Shown: positions 11,290-24,454, counted from the whole stretch's first letter. The stretch: 63,893 nt of DNA, filler included, from Octopus bimaculoides (GCF_001194135.2; 7 parts of 7 records of this genome joined end to end with filler, not necessarily neighbours in it), one strand, 5' to 3'. Notes: a model not told the origin generated them from the letters alone. Made by a program: numbers and translations.

Positions 11290-14250
11290 TATTTGCTTTT
11301 TGTCTATATGTTTGTTACAATCACTTGCCGAGACACACCCAACGTCCTAGGGCGAGGGAAGGATAAGAGATGTATGACTGAAAGCTTGAGGAGGGGACGT
11401 GGCAAGTGCAGTAGCGAAATATCTTCATGTAATACAACACAGACATTCAAATTGATAGGGTTTTTCTAAAGATGTGGGTAGTACTTGTCAGCACAATCTT
11501 TTTGATTTCTCTAAGACATGGTTCTCCTGGGATGTTGTCTAGATATTTCTGACATTCCTTTTTTTATCATACCTAGGGCACCTACAATAACAGGAACAGT
11601 TCCCGCTTTAAGATGCCACATCTTTTGTATTTCGATTTCCAGGTCCTTATGTTTACTTAATTTGTCAAATTCTTTTACAGATATATTTTTATCAATGGGA
11701 ATACTTAAATCTATTTGCCTAACAATGTTTTCTTCCTTGTCTTTAATAATTATGCCTGGTCGATTAATCTGGATCGTTCTGTGAGTGTTGACTAGAAAAT
11801 TCCAGAGGATAGTGACATTTTTACCTTCAACGACTGGCTCAGGATGATGTTCATAGCAGGAAGCAGGAGTGCTGATTTTGTAGTGTTTACATATTTTCCA
11901 ATGTAAATACTGTCCTACCCTATCGTGGGGATTTTTGTATTCGCTTGGTGTCAGCATAGGACATCCTGATACGAGATTGTCTATTGTTTCGTCAAATGTG
12001 TCGCAGAATCTGCATGTAAGGTCAGAACCGTTTTGAAGAACGGTAGTTTCTGGCAAGCAAGCCTTGAGATTGAGCCATCAATATGAAACCTTCAGTCTCT
12101 GCTTTCAGTCCTGAACTTCTCAGCCACTGCTGGGTTGTTGCTTGGTCTACATCAACATTTCGACTTCGAAGAATATACTGTCCATGCAAGGGCTTCTAGT
12201 TCCACCGCTCATCAGTTTGTTACTGCCCGTTCTTTTTGCAGTTTGCTTGATCCGTTTTGCTTGTTAGACAGCAGTGGTTTCAGGTTCTTCATTTAATTCA
12301 GAGTTAATGCCAAGTTCCCTTGCGAATTTGCAAGTTTCGTCGACAATAGAATGTGACTTTTAGCTGCTTTCATGTTTGCACACAAGCCACAGCATCCAAT
12401 CCTCTGTACTAGATAAGTACTTGTTCATTGCTATTGTGGAGGTCTTATAACCCAGTTCTACCAGCATCATTCCTCTTCCCACATTACTTCTAGGTAGGTA
12501 CAGACGGTCAACGTCTGTTTTTGGGTGGTACATGTTCTTAGATGTTAGTAGTTTTTTGCAGGCGTTGGAGCTCCGTAGGATTCCCGTTAATGATGTCAGA
12601 ACTGTACTGGACTACAGGAAGTGCCAGGGTGTGAATGGCTTCGATGCGATTTTTCGAGTTGAGTTAAGTTTTTAGTATGTCTTATCCTTTTATAGTATTA
12701 CAAACTTGGAACCCATACGTGGTATTATTTAGTGCGTTTGAAAGTGCTATGCAAAAGAGTAATGGGGAAAGGGAGTCACCTTGAAAGATGCCTCGTTTGA
12801 TGTTGTTGTTAGATTGGCTCATCTCATTACTATGGTTTTAAAGGAGACGTGTGTTCCGCTTGGCTATGCTACCTTTTCAGAATTTGGAGACGACAGGAGA
12901 GATCACATATATCTCAAGGGCCTTGAGTAGCCAATTATGTGGGACACAATCAAACGCTTTCCTATAGTCTAGCCATGACATATTCATGTTCTTCTTTTTG
13001 CTCCGGCACTTTTCTACAATTATTTTACTAATGAGTAATTGATCTTTGCACCCATAGGAATTCCTTTTACAGCCTTTTTGAGCTTGTGGAAGGATAGACT
13101 TCTGCTCAAGGAAAGCGTATATTTTGTCAGTTAATATGGATATGAGGATCTTGTAAGTGGTGTTGAGACATGTTATTGGTCGGTAGTTCTTTGGATTTTT
13201 GTATCTTCATTTTTTGGTAGGTATTTGCTCTGGGGTCTGAATGACATCAGTTAGGGATGCAATGAACTTTTTGTGTACTTCTCTCAAACAATTCAGCCAG
13301 AAGTTACGGATTCGATCCAGTCCTGAGGTTTTCCATTTGGGAGACTTCCTAAGAACGCATCTTAGAACTTCTATTTCTCTTGCCTCCTATTTCTGCTCTT
13401 CAATTTCATCCAGTCTCACTTTCTCCCGCTTTAACCAGTCAGCTTTAGCATTATATTATTTTTTATTGCTCCATATCTTCTTCCAGAACTCTTCCATTTC
13501 CTCAGTCTTACTGGCTCCTTTACTTCTATCTTATTTTTGTTAATTTCCCTATAAAATTTCTTTGCATCCGTCTTGAATATCTTGTTCTGTCGATAAAATT
13601 TTATTCTTTTGTCATACCTTCTAAGCCGTTAAGCTTTCAGTTGTACTTGTTGTTTCAATTATTTCTTGGTTGCAGGGAGGTTTTAAAAATCTTGGATATT
13701 ATATTTTAGCTTGATTTTTCTAGCTTGTTTCGTCTTAACATTTACTCCTCTAGCAAGTTCATTGAGAACTGATATATCCTCCCGCAGATATTCGATCTCT
13801 TTTTGTATTACTACTTTCCACTTAATAGGGTTATTGACATGGTTGATCCTTTTCTATGTCGTCCTGATACCTAGTTGAGCAGTTACAACTTTTGCAGTGG
13901 AATAGATGAGGTTATTTAAGGTTGTGAGGTCATTTCCTTTATTTCTTAAGATCTGCCAGAGAGCAACATCATATATCATTATTATATTGTTGTTTATGCT
14001 GTTTGAGAACTTTGGTAACAGTTCTCTATTGATCATGTTAGTAGACTCAGTCTTGTTGAGTTCTTTCATATCTTCTTTTGCTTCTTTGATCTCTGTATTA
14101 TTCACCTTAAATTCTGCGTCATATCTTGTTCTTCGAATGGACATATTTGTCATATCGTAGGCTTATAGATCGAAAATCGCTTCTATATATTTTTTTGGGG
14201 TAGCTATGTTTCCAGGCATAACTGTTTAATGATCTTTTAAAACTAAGTAA
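11290..14250 (-). mobile_element. R4/Dong-clade non-LTR retrotransposon (RT + restriction-like endonuclease), disrupted, 5'-truncated
   Basis: Minus strand: DLTTLNNLIYSTAKVV; RT motifs PKNYRPITCLNTTYKIL, QKGCKRNSYGCKDQLL, WLDYRKAFDCVPHNWL, GIFQGDSLSPLLF; zinc knuckle CRFC..ETID(N)LVSGC; HDRVGQYLHW; RLE region NRP(G)III..IDLSIPIDKN..KEFDKLSKHKDL; C-terminus VPVIVGALG..KIVLTSTTHIFRKTLSI* near 11448. The 3' end abuts an AAT/AAC tract. Confidence 0.88.
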
Positions 14251-14654
14251 CTAATTTTCTCCTTTATTTTTTATTCGTTTGTGAGAAGTCGCTTTGATTT
14301 TGTTTGGTTCGACGTCGCTCGTGACACGTGTTTCTCTTTAATTTTCTGTGTGTGTACATGCGTATCGTGTAGACATTATTTATGTTGCTTATAAATATTA
14401 ACATGTGCACATGGATGCATGGACAGTTGCATGTAAAGTTAATTATGTAATTTACGTACTTACTGTGTAAGTGGTGCTTTTCCAGTGTTCTTGGCGCTGG
14501 TTTCAACTTCTCGCGTATGTCGCATTGAGGTATCGCGCATTTAAGAAAGAAACTACACTTTATATAACAAAAATTTTTCCGATTTTTAGTTCCAATGCTT
14601 TAACAGAACTTTGACCACAGTTGTATTGCGAAGTTTTTCTTCCATTGCACCGAT

Positions 14655-14805
14655 GTTATTCTTTTCTACTCTAGGCACAAGACCCGAAATTTTTATTTTT
14701 GTGGGGAAAGGGGCCAGTCGATTAGATCGATCCCAGTACGCAATTGGTACTTAATTTATCGACCCCGAAAGGATGAAAGGCAAAGTCGACCTCGGTGGAA
14801 TTTGA
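14655..14805 (-). mobile_element. SINE family A copy (partial)
   Basis: GGTACTTAATTTATCGACCCCGAAAGGATGAAAGGCAAAGTCGACCTCGG is the reverse complement of the family core. Confidence 0.85.
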
Positions 14806-14879
14806 TCGCACTGATGTTATTGAATTAAGTTTGTTTTGTGGAGAAAGCTTCTTAGTGTACGTCCATGTTGTTACTTAGC

Positions 14880-15010
14880 CCGGCAGATTCGTTAGCGCGC
14901 TGGACGAAATGCTTAGTGGTATTTCACCCGTCGTTACGTTCTGAGTTCAAATTCCGCCGAGGTCGACTTCGCCTTTCATCCTATCGGGTCGATAAAATAA
15001 GTACCAGCTG
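14880..15010 (+). mobile_element. SINE family A copy
   Basis: tRNA-like head with B-box-like GAGTTCAAATTCC followed by the family core. Confidence 0.85.
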
Positions 15011-15044
15011 AAAATAAGTACCAGCTTACAACAACAACAACAAC

Positions 15045-15074
<30 letters not shown>

Positions 15075-15077
<3 letters not shown>

Positions 15078-15260
15078 TATTATTATTATTAATCAACACT
15101 CAACTACCAACGTGGCTCAAAAAGATTAGTACAAATAGAACACCTACAAAAATCAGTATTGCTTGGAACTAGAAGGTTCCTCAGGGTTCTTGAAACATGA
15201 TCAGTAAACAAGTGTCACCTTAGTCTATTGGCTGTGGACAGCTCACATTTTCCATCATCC
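15075..15260 (+). mobile_element. 3' end fragment of an R4/Dong-type LINE
   Basis: Encodes IEHLQKSVLLGTRRFLRVLET*, matching the R4-type LQKxVLLGTARILRKVL terminus. Flanked by (AAT)n upstream and (AAC)n downstream. Confidence 0.65.
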
Positions 15261-15314
15261 TCAGCAAAATAAGCCGAGAATTTTAATCAAATAACAACAA
15301 CAACAACAACAACA

Positions 15315-15360
<46 letters not shown>

Positions 15361-15625
15361 GATAACGTGCCAATTATTATTGGGTCATTGGGGACAGTAT
15401 CAGAAAGCATCAAGAAGATTATAAAAGAAATGGGAATAGAGTTCCCAGTAGAGTTGTTACAAAAAGTTTGCCTCTTCGGCACAGCCAGAATCACCAGGAA
15501 AATATTAGGTTGTTGAAAAGAACAGATAGCATAATACCGTACTGCAGGGTGTAGGTAGCAAGCCCTCTACACATGCTAGTCGCCAGGAGTTCCAATAAAA
15601 CCTGATCTAAAATAATTATAATAAT
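15361..15625 (+). mobile_element. 3' end fragment of another R4/Dong-type LINE
   Basis: Encodes NVPIIIGSLGTVSESIKKIIKEMGIEFPVELLQKVCLFGTARITRKILGC*. Preceded by (TAC)n, followed by an AAT/TTG tract. Confidence 0.75.
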
Positions 15626-15737
15626 TGTTGTTACTGCTCAAGTCCGCCTCAGCCGAGTAGAGCATTGAATAAAAGTATGCCATGACTTCTTTTTCCAGTC
15701 ATTTTGTATTTTGGATTGCATTATCAAATGCATCCTC

Positions 15738-16110
15738 TAAGGCGGTGAGCTGGCAGAATTGCTACGATGCCGAGCAAAATGCTTGGCGGCATTTCGTCCG
15801 TTATCACGTTCTTAGTACAAATTCTGTCGAGGTCGACTTTATCTTTCATCTTATCGGGTTCGATAAAATAAGTACCAGTTGAGCACTGGTGTTGATGTAA
15901 TCAACTTACTCACTAACCCAAAATTGCTGGTCTTGTGCTTAAATTTGAAAGCGGTATTTCTTATGGCTCTTTATGTATTGGGTTCAAATTCCGTCGATGT
16001 TGTCTTTTATCCTTTATGGGCCGGTAAAATAAGTACCTGTTGATCACTGGGACTGACGTAATCGATTAACCCCTCTCCTAAAATTGCAGGCTCTGTGCTC
16101 AAATTTGGAA
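15738..16110 (+). mobile_element. Two tandem SINE family A copies
   Basis: Head GGCGGTGAGCTGGCAGAA at ~15741 with core; a second, more decayed core at ~15980-16110. Confidence 0.75.
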
Positions 16111-16801
16111 CACCTAATGGCTCCAACCCTTTTTAGGCGATAAGATGATGTTTGATGGAGATTTAACTATTATTTCTTCCAGATCGAGTGACTTCGTTGG
16201 TCCATGAAGTTCTTTTTATTGAACTCATTGTCAATCCTGATCTACGATCACAGGAATGCTAGCCATGACTACCTCAGCTTTTATTTCAAACATTGTATAT
16301 CTAGGACTACATTGACCAATGTATCCTTTGCTGTTTAAAAATAGTTGAGTATGACTGAAGGTGATTAGACTGCTACTTTTAGCAGAGTGACCGACCGCGT
16401 AGGCTCTCTTGTTGCATTTTCCACATCTGAGTAGATACACCCGCTTGGTGTAGCACTTCACTGTTAGTAATGGCCACGGGATGAGTTTCATAATTGACTC
16501 GCACGCGCGCGTGTGAGTGTGTCTGTGTGTTGTCTGTTTATATGTGTGCATGTTTGCGCGTCTGTTTTAATAGCTGTGTATGCGTCTGTGTATATGTGTA
16601 TGTGTGCGAGTGTGCATGTATGTATGTGTATTTGTATGTATGTGTGTATTAGTGCTGTGCGTGTGTATGAGTGCGTATGTGAGAGTCCTCTGTGTGTAAG
16701 TCCTTTAGATTTTTAGTTTGCTTCAGGCATTAGAGTTAAGTCCACGCCGGAGCGTCGCCTCGATGCCATACCATTACCAAACACTGCCGCATACACACAA
16801 T

Positions 16802-16844
<43 letters not shown>

Positions 16845-17014
16845 CACACACACAAACACACACACATAAGTCTTCGCCTCATTAAATTCTACAACGCCGA
16901 TGCCACTCTTGGACCACCCAAACTATCCAAACATTATTTTTAATATCAAAAGCCTCCACCGATGCCACACACCACGTTGCACGAACTAATTAACATCCGA
17001 TCTTGTTTTTTGAG

Positions 17015-17015
<1 letters not shown>

Positions 17016-17075
<60 letters not shown>
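17016..17075. repeat. (CTA)n microsatellite
   Basis: Direct read; source of the poly-Leu/poly-Ser ORFs. Confidence 0.95.
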
Positions 17076-17375
17076 GTACTACTACTGCCGCTGCTACAGG
17101 CGCTGCTATTGCTACTGCTGCAAATTATCATTGTTTTACTTGCGGCAATTGCAACAGGGTGGGGTGACATTATAAAGACGAATTACAAAACATTGCTTGA
17201 CATCAAGTGAAAATATAACAGTGGAATATTTTACACACACATACACACATGCACGTACGCACGCACGCACGCACGNNNNNNNNNNNNNNNNNNNNNNNNN
17301 NNNNNNNNNNNNNNNNNNNTTAATTAATTAANNNNNNNNNNNNNNNNNNNNNNNNNNNNNNNNNNNNNNNNNNNN

Positions 17376-17436
<61 letters not shown>

Positions 17437-17493
17437 TATACATATGATGAGCTTCTTACAATATTTATTTATCTATCTATCTGTCTGTCTAAG

Positions 17494-17524
<31 letters not shown>

Positions 17525-17587
17525 CCATCACCATCATTTAATGTCTGTCTTCCATGCTGGGATGGGTTATATATATATATATGTATG

Positions 17588-17626
<39 letters not shown>

Positions 17627-17934
17627 ATACATACATATATGTGTGTATTATGTCTACATTTGAATATGTCTTTGTGTATATTTCAGGTTGCATCTCTTTA
17701 CTTTCCAAAATTAACTTGCCAGTCAATATATCAAGATTGGCAATCTAAGCATCATCCTGAAATAAGTATTGCAAGTTATATATGTAACTAAAATCATTGA
17801 CGTTGTTGTCTTAGCATGGCTGCAATCCAATGACTGGGGCCAGCAAAAAAAAAATAACTATATTTGTTTTGTTGATGAAGAGAAGTCCTGAATTTCTCTC
17901 ATAAACTTAGTTTGGAATATGGTAAAAATGGGCA

Positions 17935-18138
17935 AGGTGGCAAGCTGGCAGAATCAGTAACATGCTGAGCAGAATGCTTAGTGGCATTTTATCTGTCTTC
18001 ATGTTTTGAGTTCAAATTCTGCTGAGATCGACCTTGCTTTTCATTTTTTTGGGTTCAATAAATAAGTACCAGTTGAGCACCGGGAGTTGATGTAATCGAT
18101 TCCTCCCCTGAAATTGCTGGCCTTGTGCCAAAATTTGA
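17935..18138 (+). mobile_element. SINE family A copy with heavy CpG decay
   Basis: Aligns to the 26.3 and 41.5 kb copies with most CpGs changed to TG/CA (e.g. TCCGCCGAG to TCTGCTGAG). Confidence 0.8.
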
Positions 18139-19762
18139 GGTCAGTATGGTAAAATGGGCCCAGGAAAGAAGAAAAATATAAATTTAATCTAGGTATAGCC
18201 ATTTCAAATGTTGTTTTGATTTTTCTCAAGTTAATTCTGTTTCAATAGGTCTCTGATTAAGGGTATTATATCCTTTTTTTCCAGGGTTGTGTAGATCTAC
18301 AGTGCTGTCTTTTCCCTTAGTTAAGATGAGAGAATGTGCTTTGAGCTTAGGTGTATTTGGCTGCTATTTCTAGTAGGTCAAATGACCATAATATAGAGTC
18401 ATCCCTTATTGGCTCATCAAAACTAAGGAAATTGGTTGTAGAGATTCTATTGGCTAACAGTTTCATGGAATTGGCAGTGATCAATATGCTTGCTACTCAA
18501 TATTGTGTGGGAAGTAAACTAACCAAAGAAAGGAAAAGCTGAATGTGATCACTGGCAGAGTTATAGGTTTGGTTCTTTTTTTGTGGAGCAAGAAGGTTAA
18601 CTAATCTTCAAAGAAGCCTATTATTAGTAAAAATAATGAACCTTTTATATATCTTTTAGTGTCTTGTTTAACCCAATCAAAACACTGAAGTCTTGAGAAT
18701 CAAGGAATACTCAAACTGAAATAAAAATACATAAAATGAAGTTTATAGTCTAATCTTTCCTTACTCTTCAGGTAGTTAACTCTTTAATTTAATTCTTTTC
18801 TGAAATATAGATGTATAAAGAGTTTTATAACTTAATTTTCTGGATCACAACCTTCAAACAGATATATAGCAGTCTCCTTACATCTGACACTTTATATAAC
18901 TTATCCTTTGAAAGCAACTTCCTTGTTCAGTACAACTCATGCATTTCTAACAACATTAATTCATTGATATATGATACTTTATGACCTTAAATTACATATC
19001 TAACGTTAGGTGTTATCTATAATTTCGTGAATAAAATATGGATTTTTAAATTCTGAAGTCCGATTTTTTTATATGGGCTAAATATATTCAATTGTAAAAG
19101 GGAGCAAATTGAGAGAATCTTTAGAGCTTCTGATAGAATAACTAGTAGCACTTGTTTTGGCTCTATGCACTGTGATTTCAAATCCTGCTGAAGTCAACTT
19201 GGCCTTCCATCCTTTTAAGGGTTAATAATTAAAGAACCAATCAAGTACTGAGATTGTTTCTTCTTTATCTTTTTCTTTTTTAGGGATTCATGACTGTTCT
19301 TATCATGTGACCATAAGAAAAGTTTTAGATAGTGCTCACAGAATTCCTTTTTCCAGAAATAGGATCTCTTCTTATAGAAACAAAATAACTGATATGCTAC
19401 TGAAATGATTTAACAATGGCCTGTACAATCAGTGTTGCATCAAAGTTGTTCCTTAAAGTACCAATTGCTTTGCTGTAATAGAAGACACTTACCTGGGTAC
19501 CATGCAATGAGATTGAACAGAGCCATGTGGTTGGGAAGCAGATGTTTTGCTACACAACCATGTCTGTGCATCAGCTGAGTAAAGAGAATTCATATGAATT
19601 GCCATAGCGAATTCTTCAGCAGACTAAAATTTAAAAAACCTCAAAATAAAAAAAAATGGGGGTGGGGGTGGGGAAAACTCTGCAAAATAAATAATTTATT
19701 GACTAAGTTTAATGAGGAGCCAGTGGCTTATTTCCATAAAAATGAAAATAGGATTAAAACAA

Positions 19763-20319
19763 TACAGGGTCTGATCAAAAAGTATCAGTACTGGTTCTAT
19801 AAAAAAAATACTACAACTCATCATCAATTTGGCATTTAATCTCCTTGAAGCCATGCATTTTTTTCCACTGTCATTTCCATTGACGGAAGCGTTCCTGAAA
19901 CTCTTTTTCGAGGAATAATGACCAGCTACCTTGTTGCATTCTCTTGAATCACCTTGACATCTTGAAATCATGTTCCTTTCAAGCAGGATTCACTTTTTAT
20001 CTTTGTTTTGGGATCCATAACCATAGAAGACCCATGATTTATCCCCTGTTATGTCCATTTTCAAAAATGTATTTATCCTCCTTGACACAGTTGAGAAGAT
20101 CCTGTGCAGCTGAAACCCAATCTTCTTTTTGAGACAACCACACTCTACACACTTTACTTTCAAGCACTGCTATAGACAACCAAAGTGAGCAAGAATGTTA
20201 TAACTTAATGTACATGCGTGACAGAGTTCAAGGTTAATTCCTGCCAAGTAGCTTCACTCTGTGTTCTTTAACTCTGTTACCATAGCAATAGCCTTGATAC
20301 TTTTTGATCAGAACTTGTA
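19763..20319 (-). mobile_element. Internally deleted mariner with both TIRs
   Basis: TIRs TACAGGGTCTGATCAAAAAGTATCA and reverse complement TACAAGTTCTGATCAAAAAGTATCA (23/25 identical). Minus-strand pieces KEDWVSAAQDLL..ITGDKSWV.(frameshift).GY..PKTK and C-terminal FQDVKVIQENAT...FRQWK*QWKKCMAS. Confidence 0.85.
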
Positions 20320-20895
20320 CATGTAAGAGAACTGTATTTGTTTTTGTTTTCTCTAAATGTTTAATACTGTATCTTTGAATAAGTAAAGCTGTTTTCCAAA
20401 AGTTCCCCTAATGATAAAAGTCATCAAATTAAAGATTGTTTGGTTGGAACAAAACTATTGGCGTAAAATGAATTGAAATGAGAGATGGTAGTGATTATAT
20501 GAAACCAAAGAAGATATACATTATTTGCTCAAATTTATAAATGGATGTCATGGACCGAACACTTTACAGAATTAACTATTTTAAATGAAAAGTAAATAAA
20601 TAAATAAGTTAAATAAACCAACGTTATGAAATTTCATTAATTTCTCTGACATAGCACATTCTGCTTCAGTTCTTTCCATACATGAATATATTTATAATGA
20701 ACATATATCAAAAACCTAGACTCATTGATAGTTATTCCTTTATTCTTACATCCAAGGAGGAAATACATTATGCATAGTTGGGTGGCTTTCTGAGAAGGAA
20801 GGGTGCAAGGGATGGGAAAGTTTTTACTATGTTAATACAAAGTTTGAAAAGCCAAAGGTTATGTTTGTGAAAACGTGTGTGTGTGTGAGAGAGAG

Positions 20896-20926
<31 letters not shown>

Positions 20927-21088
20927 GAGAGGAAGGGGGATTAGGAGAAAGAGAGATGGGGATTAAGAAAGAGAGAGCGAGAGTGTGAGGATGACATGCT
21001 CCATTGAACTGTTCATTAAAATGACTCTCTCTCTGTCAATCTATCTATCTATCTATCTGTCTGTCTGTCTGCCTGCCTGCCTGCCTGC

Positions 21089-21154
<66 letters not shown>

Positions 21155-21174
21155 CTCCCTATATCACTTTCTGT

Positions 21175-21335
21175 ATATTTTTTCTTTTATTTTTTACTTG
21201 TTTCAATCATTAGACTGTGGTCATGCTGGGGCACCACCTTGAAGAATTTTTTTGTTGAATGAATTGACATGAATAGTTTTTTTTTTTTTAAGCCTGATAT
21301 TTGTTCTATCGGTCTCTTTGTAGAACCTATGTAGA
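21175..21335 (-). mobile_element. SINE family B 3' part
   Basis: TTTACTTGTTTCAATCATTAGACTGTGGTCATGCTGGGGCACCACC is the reverse complement of the tail of the 39.5 kb copy; CpG-decayed. Confidence 0.75.
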
Positions 21336-21883
21336 ATTTCAAAAAATATTTAGTATGAGGTATAAGGAGACATAGAGATAGACAGATATAGCTGAAAGAG
21401 AAAGGGAGAGAGAGAGAGAGAAAGAGACAAAGGGAAAGAGGGTGAGTGAATGAGAGAGAAAATATATGCAAAGAAGCACAAAATATGGGGCACCAAAAAA
21501 TTTTGTGTGATTATGAAACAATTTGTGAGTCACAGGAGTATATCTAAGAGTCTCGTTTCTCAATCAACTCTTGAACGCAAATGACTGAGGGGGGAGTGTG
21601 GGACAATAGCTCATACAAATACTGTCCAAATGTACCTAATTCTGTACTTTTGCTAAAGAACCCTGTAACATAGTTATTTCATCATCGTTCTGAGAACTTG
21701 TTTAACAATCAAAGGGCAACTGATTCTTCACATTCTTGTCTTAAAAATTTGAAAGAACCGGTTCTTTAGTTACTGAATAATTTTCAAAGTTGGACTCTCA
21801 GAACCTTCAGCGCAAAGAAGAAGGGGTGAAGTGTGTATGTGTAAAAGCTATAAAATACAGAATTTATCATTTGGTCTCATCAT

Positions 21884-22075
21884 CAGTATCATCTTTTAAC
21901 GTCCGTTTTCCATGCTGGTATGGGTTGGACAGTTTAACAGCATCTGATGAACTGTGGGGCTGCATTGAGCTCCAACATCAGCTTTAGCATGGTTTCTATA
22001 TCTGGATGATGCCCTTCTTAATGCCAACCACTTTACAGTGTGTACTGGGTGGCTTTTTATGTGTCATTAGCACAA
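21884..22075 (-). mobile_element. 3' tail fragment homologous to the RTE LINE end
   Basis: CATCATC..TTTAACGTCCGTTTTCCATGCTGG..GATGCCCTTCTTAATGCCAACCAC aligns with the reverse complement of 8085-8288. Confidence 0.75.
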
Positions 22076-23295
22076 GGAAGGTTTTCAAGTAACTTGCAAG
22101 ACATGAAAAGAATAGGAAAAATTTTAAAAAAGCAACCCATGTCTATGTGGTGGTAGTGGTGGTGGAGTATTTGAGAGGCGGGGTTATGCTAGATATAGAG
22201 AGGCTAAAGTATGATAAAGGGACAAACACTGGTGTCTTGTTATAAAGGAGATTCATGGCTACCTGACATTATATAAGGGTGAGAGTGGCTGGAAAGGAGA
22301 CAGAGATGGTGAGTTGACAGAGCATTGCAAGATATAAGAAGGGGGAATATTAAAGAGGATGTGGACAGTAGATCAGGTGTTGGAAAGAGAGGGTAGTTTC
22401 ATAAGAGTGTGAGAGATGAGTAACAAATTGCTAGAGATGGAGGAGCAAAGGTGAATGTAATGATTGATAAATAAGGGTGGAGATGTAGTGGGTGGAAATT
22501 ACCAGTATAGAGAAGGATAATAGATTAGCAAATAGGGGAATGATGTGCAACGTGTAGGAGTGGTGGGAAGGGAGATGTAGAAGTACATAAGGGTGCCATA
22601 ATAAGAGAGTATGACAGCAGATAAGAGAGGGTATTGAAAATGATAGAAGACATGAAGGGTGTTAAGATGGAGCCTGGCAGAGGAAAGAAGGATGGCTAAA
22701 GGCAATAGAAAGGAATTGATCAACAAAAATATGTTGGACAAGATGGTAGTGAAAATGAGGGGTGGAAGTGGATCCAGTGGTGGGAAAGTAAATGGTCTGT
22801 TAGCAAAAAATAACAAAGAATAACAAAGATATTTTTATATATATCTATTATCCTTTAACATTTCCCCTAGAATCTCAGCTGAGGAAAGTTAAATCCAATG
22901 TATGTAATATAAGAAGTGTTTTCTTGTTTGTATGTTTTTGTCTTGTACAATTAAGGAAAATGTTTTAATGAATTTCCTCCAGATTGTATGTATTTTCATC
23001 TTTAATGAAATATCTCACTTAGTAAAATAATGTTTAATTAATAGGACGCAAGTTATATCATGTTGGTGATTTCTAAAAAGAATGAAATAGTGCTAAAACC
23101 TACAAGAATTTCCTTATAAGTAAACAGGAAAAATAAATAAATATGTGAATTCTATGCATCTTTTATCTTGTAATTCCTTAATTTCACATTCAAAATTCTA
23201 ACCCCTACTCACATTAAGAAGAAATAATTACACCCCTTGTTATAGCTGCCAACACTAGGAAAACTACATGTATTCAAAAGGGGAATTTCTTTTAA

Positions 23296-23336
<41 letters not shown>

Positions 23337-24454
23337 AAACTTCAGTCAATGTTCACATGTTAACAATTGATGAATTTGTAAGCCTGTAAACATTTTGAAA
23401 TTTAACTTTTTTTCTTTACTGTGAACAATGTAAAGACAGCTGTTTTCTCCAGTCTTTGTGTTTATGCTCAAAGGTAACATATGTAAGCAACATAAAAATG
23501 ACTGCTTTGATATTTACAAACATATACAGTAAAAACATTACTACACAAAACATAAATTTATAACTTTGATAGGCAGCCTACCTACTGAATACATCCTGAA
23601 CACACACACACACACACACACACATGTGCTATTACCCATAAATGTCAACACATACATGTGACACACGTCTATATGCATGCCAAGAACACCAGAAATAATG
23701 CCAAGTCATGCAGTGTAGTCACTAGTTGTTTCAGTTACAGTTTATAGTTCATAATCATTAAGGAAACATTGATATTTTCATTTTACAGCATGTGAACTTG
23801 CTTCAGCATTTTGTGTGCTTAGGCTTCATAGGTGAACCTTGTTTATTGTGTATTTTTTTTATTTTATTTTTCTTCACTTCAGTGACAATATTAATAGAGA
23901 CATACATAAAAAAAAAATAATAATAACAGAGACATCTATAAAAAAAGGAAATGGACTAAAAGATAATATTGTGATGAAATATTTGTCATGTTTATAGCAC
24001 AGAAGAGATGTTGTGTTCAGTAGAATAGCAGAGGCACTGAAATAGGGTGTGCAAAACTTTATGACAAAGTAAATCAGAATAAAGATTCATAAAAACTAAT
24101 GCTATATATTTTATGGAGATCATACTCTCTTTGAGACTTGTAGCTGAATGAATCAATAGGGTGTTGCAATGTTAAATGAAGGAACAATTATTTCTATCTC
24201 ATTATCAGTTCTACTGATGGTCCAGCCATTTCATTCTTAAATAATTCTGGTTCAACTAGCAATAAATGGACACCATGACTGAGTCAATATGCCACTGCAA
24301 GCAGAGATATCACTGTCATTGCTATTAGTGTTTAGCTCCAGGTCAGTCTTAATATAAAAACAAACCTATAATCAAAGGTGTGCCAGATATGACCATCCTA
24401 CCTTATCCTTTTTCTTCAAAAGTAATTTTAGCAGACACAAAATGATGCATTTTC

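Noticed and set aside
17687-17791. Possible next calpain exon after TTTCAG (VASLYFPKLTCQSIYQDWQSKHHPE...)
   Set aside because: Only QDW..KHHPE loosely recalls the calpain-5 QEW..P segment. There is no VIP start or GIFxFxFW, and the frame stops at 17789-17791.
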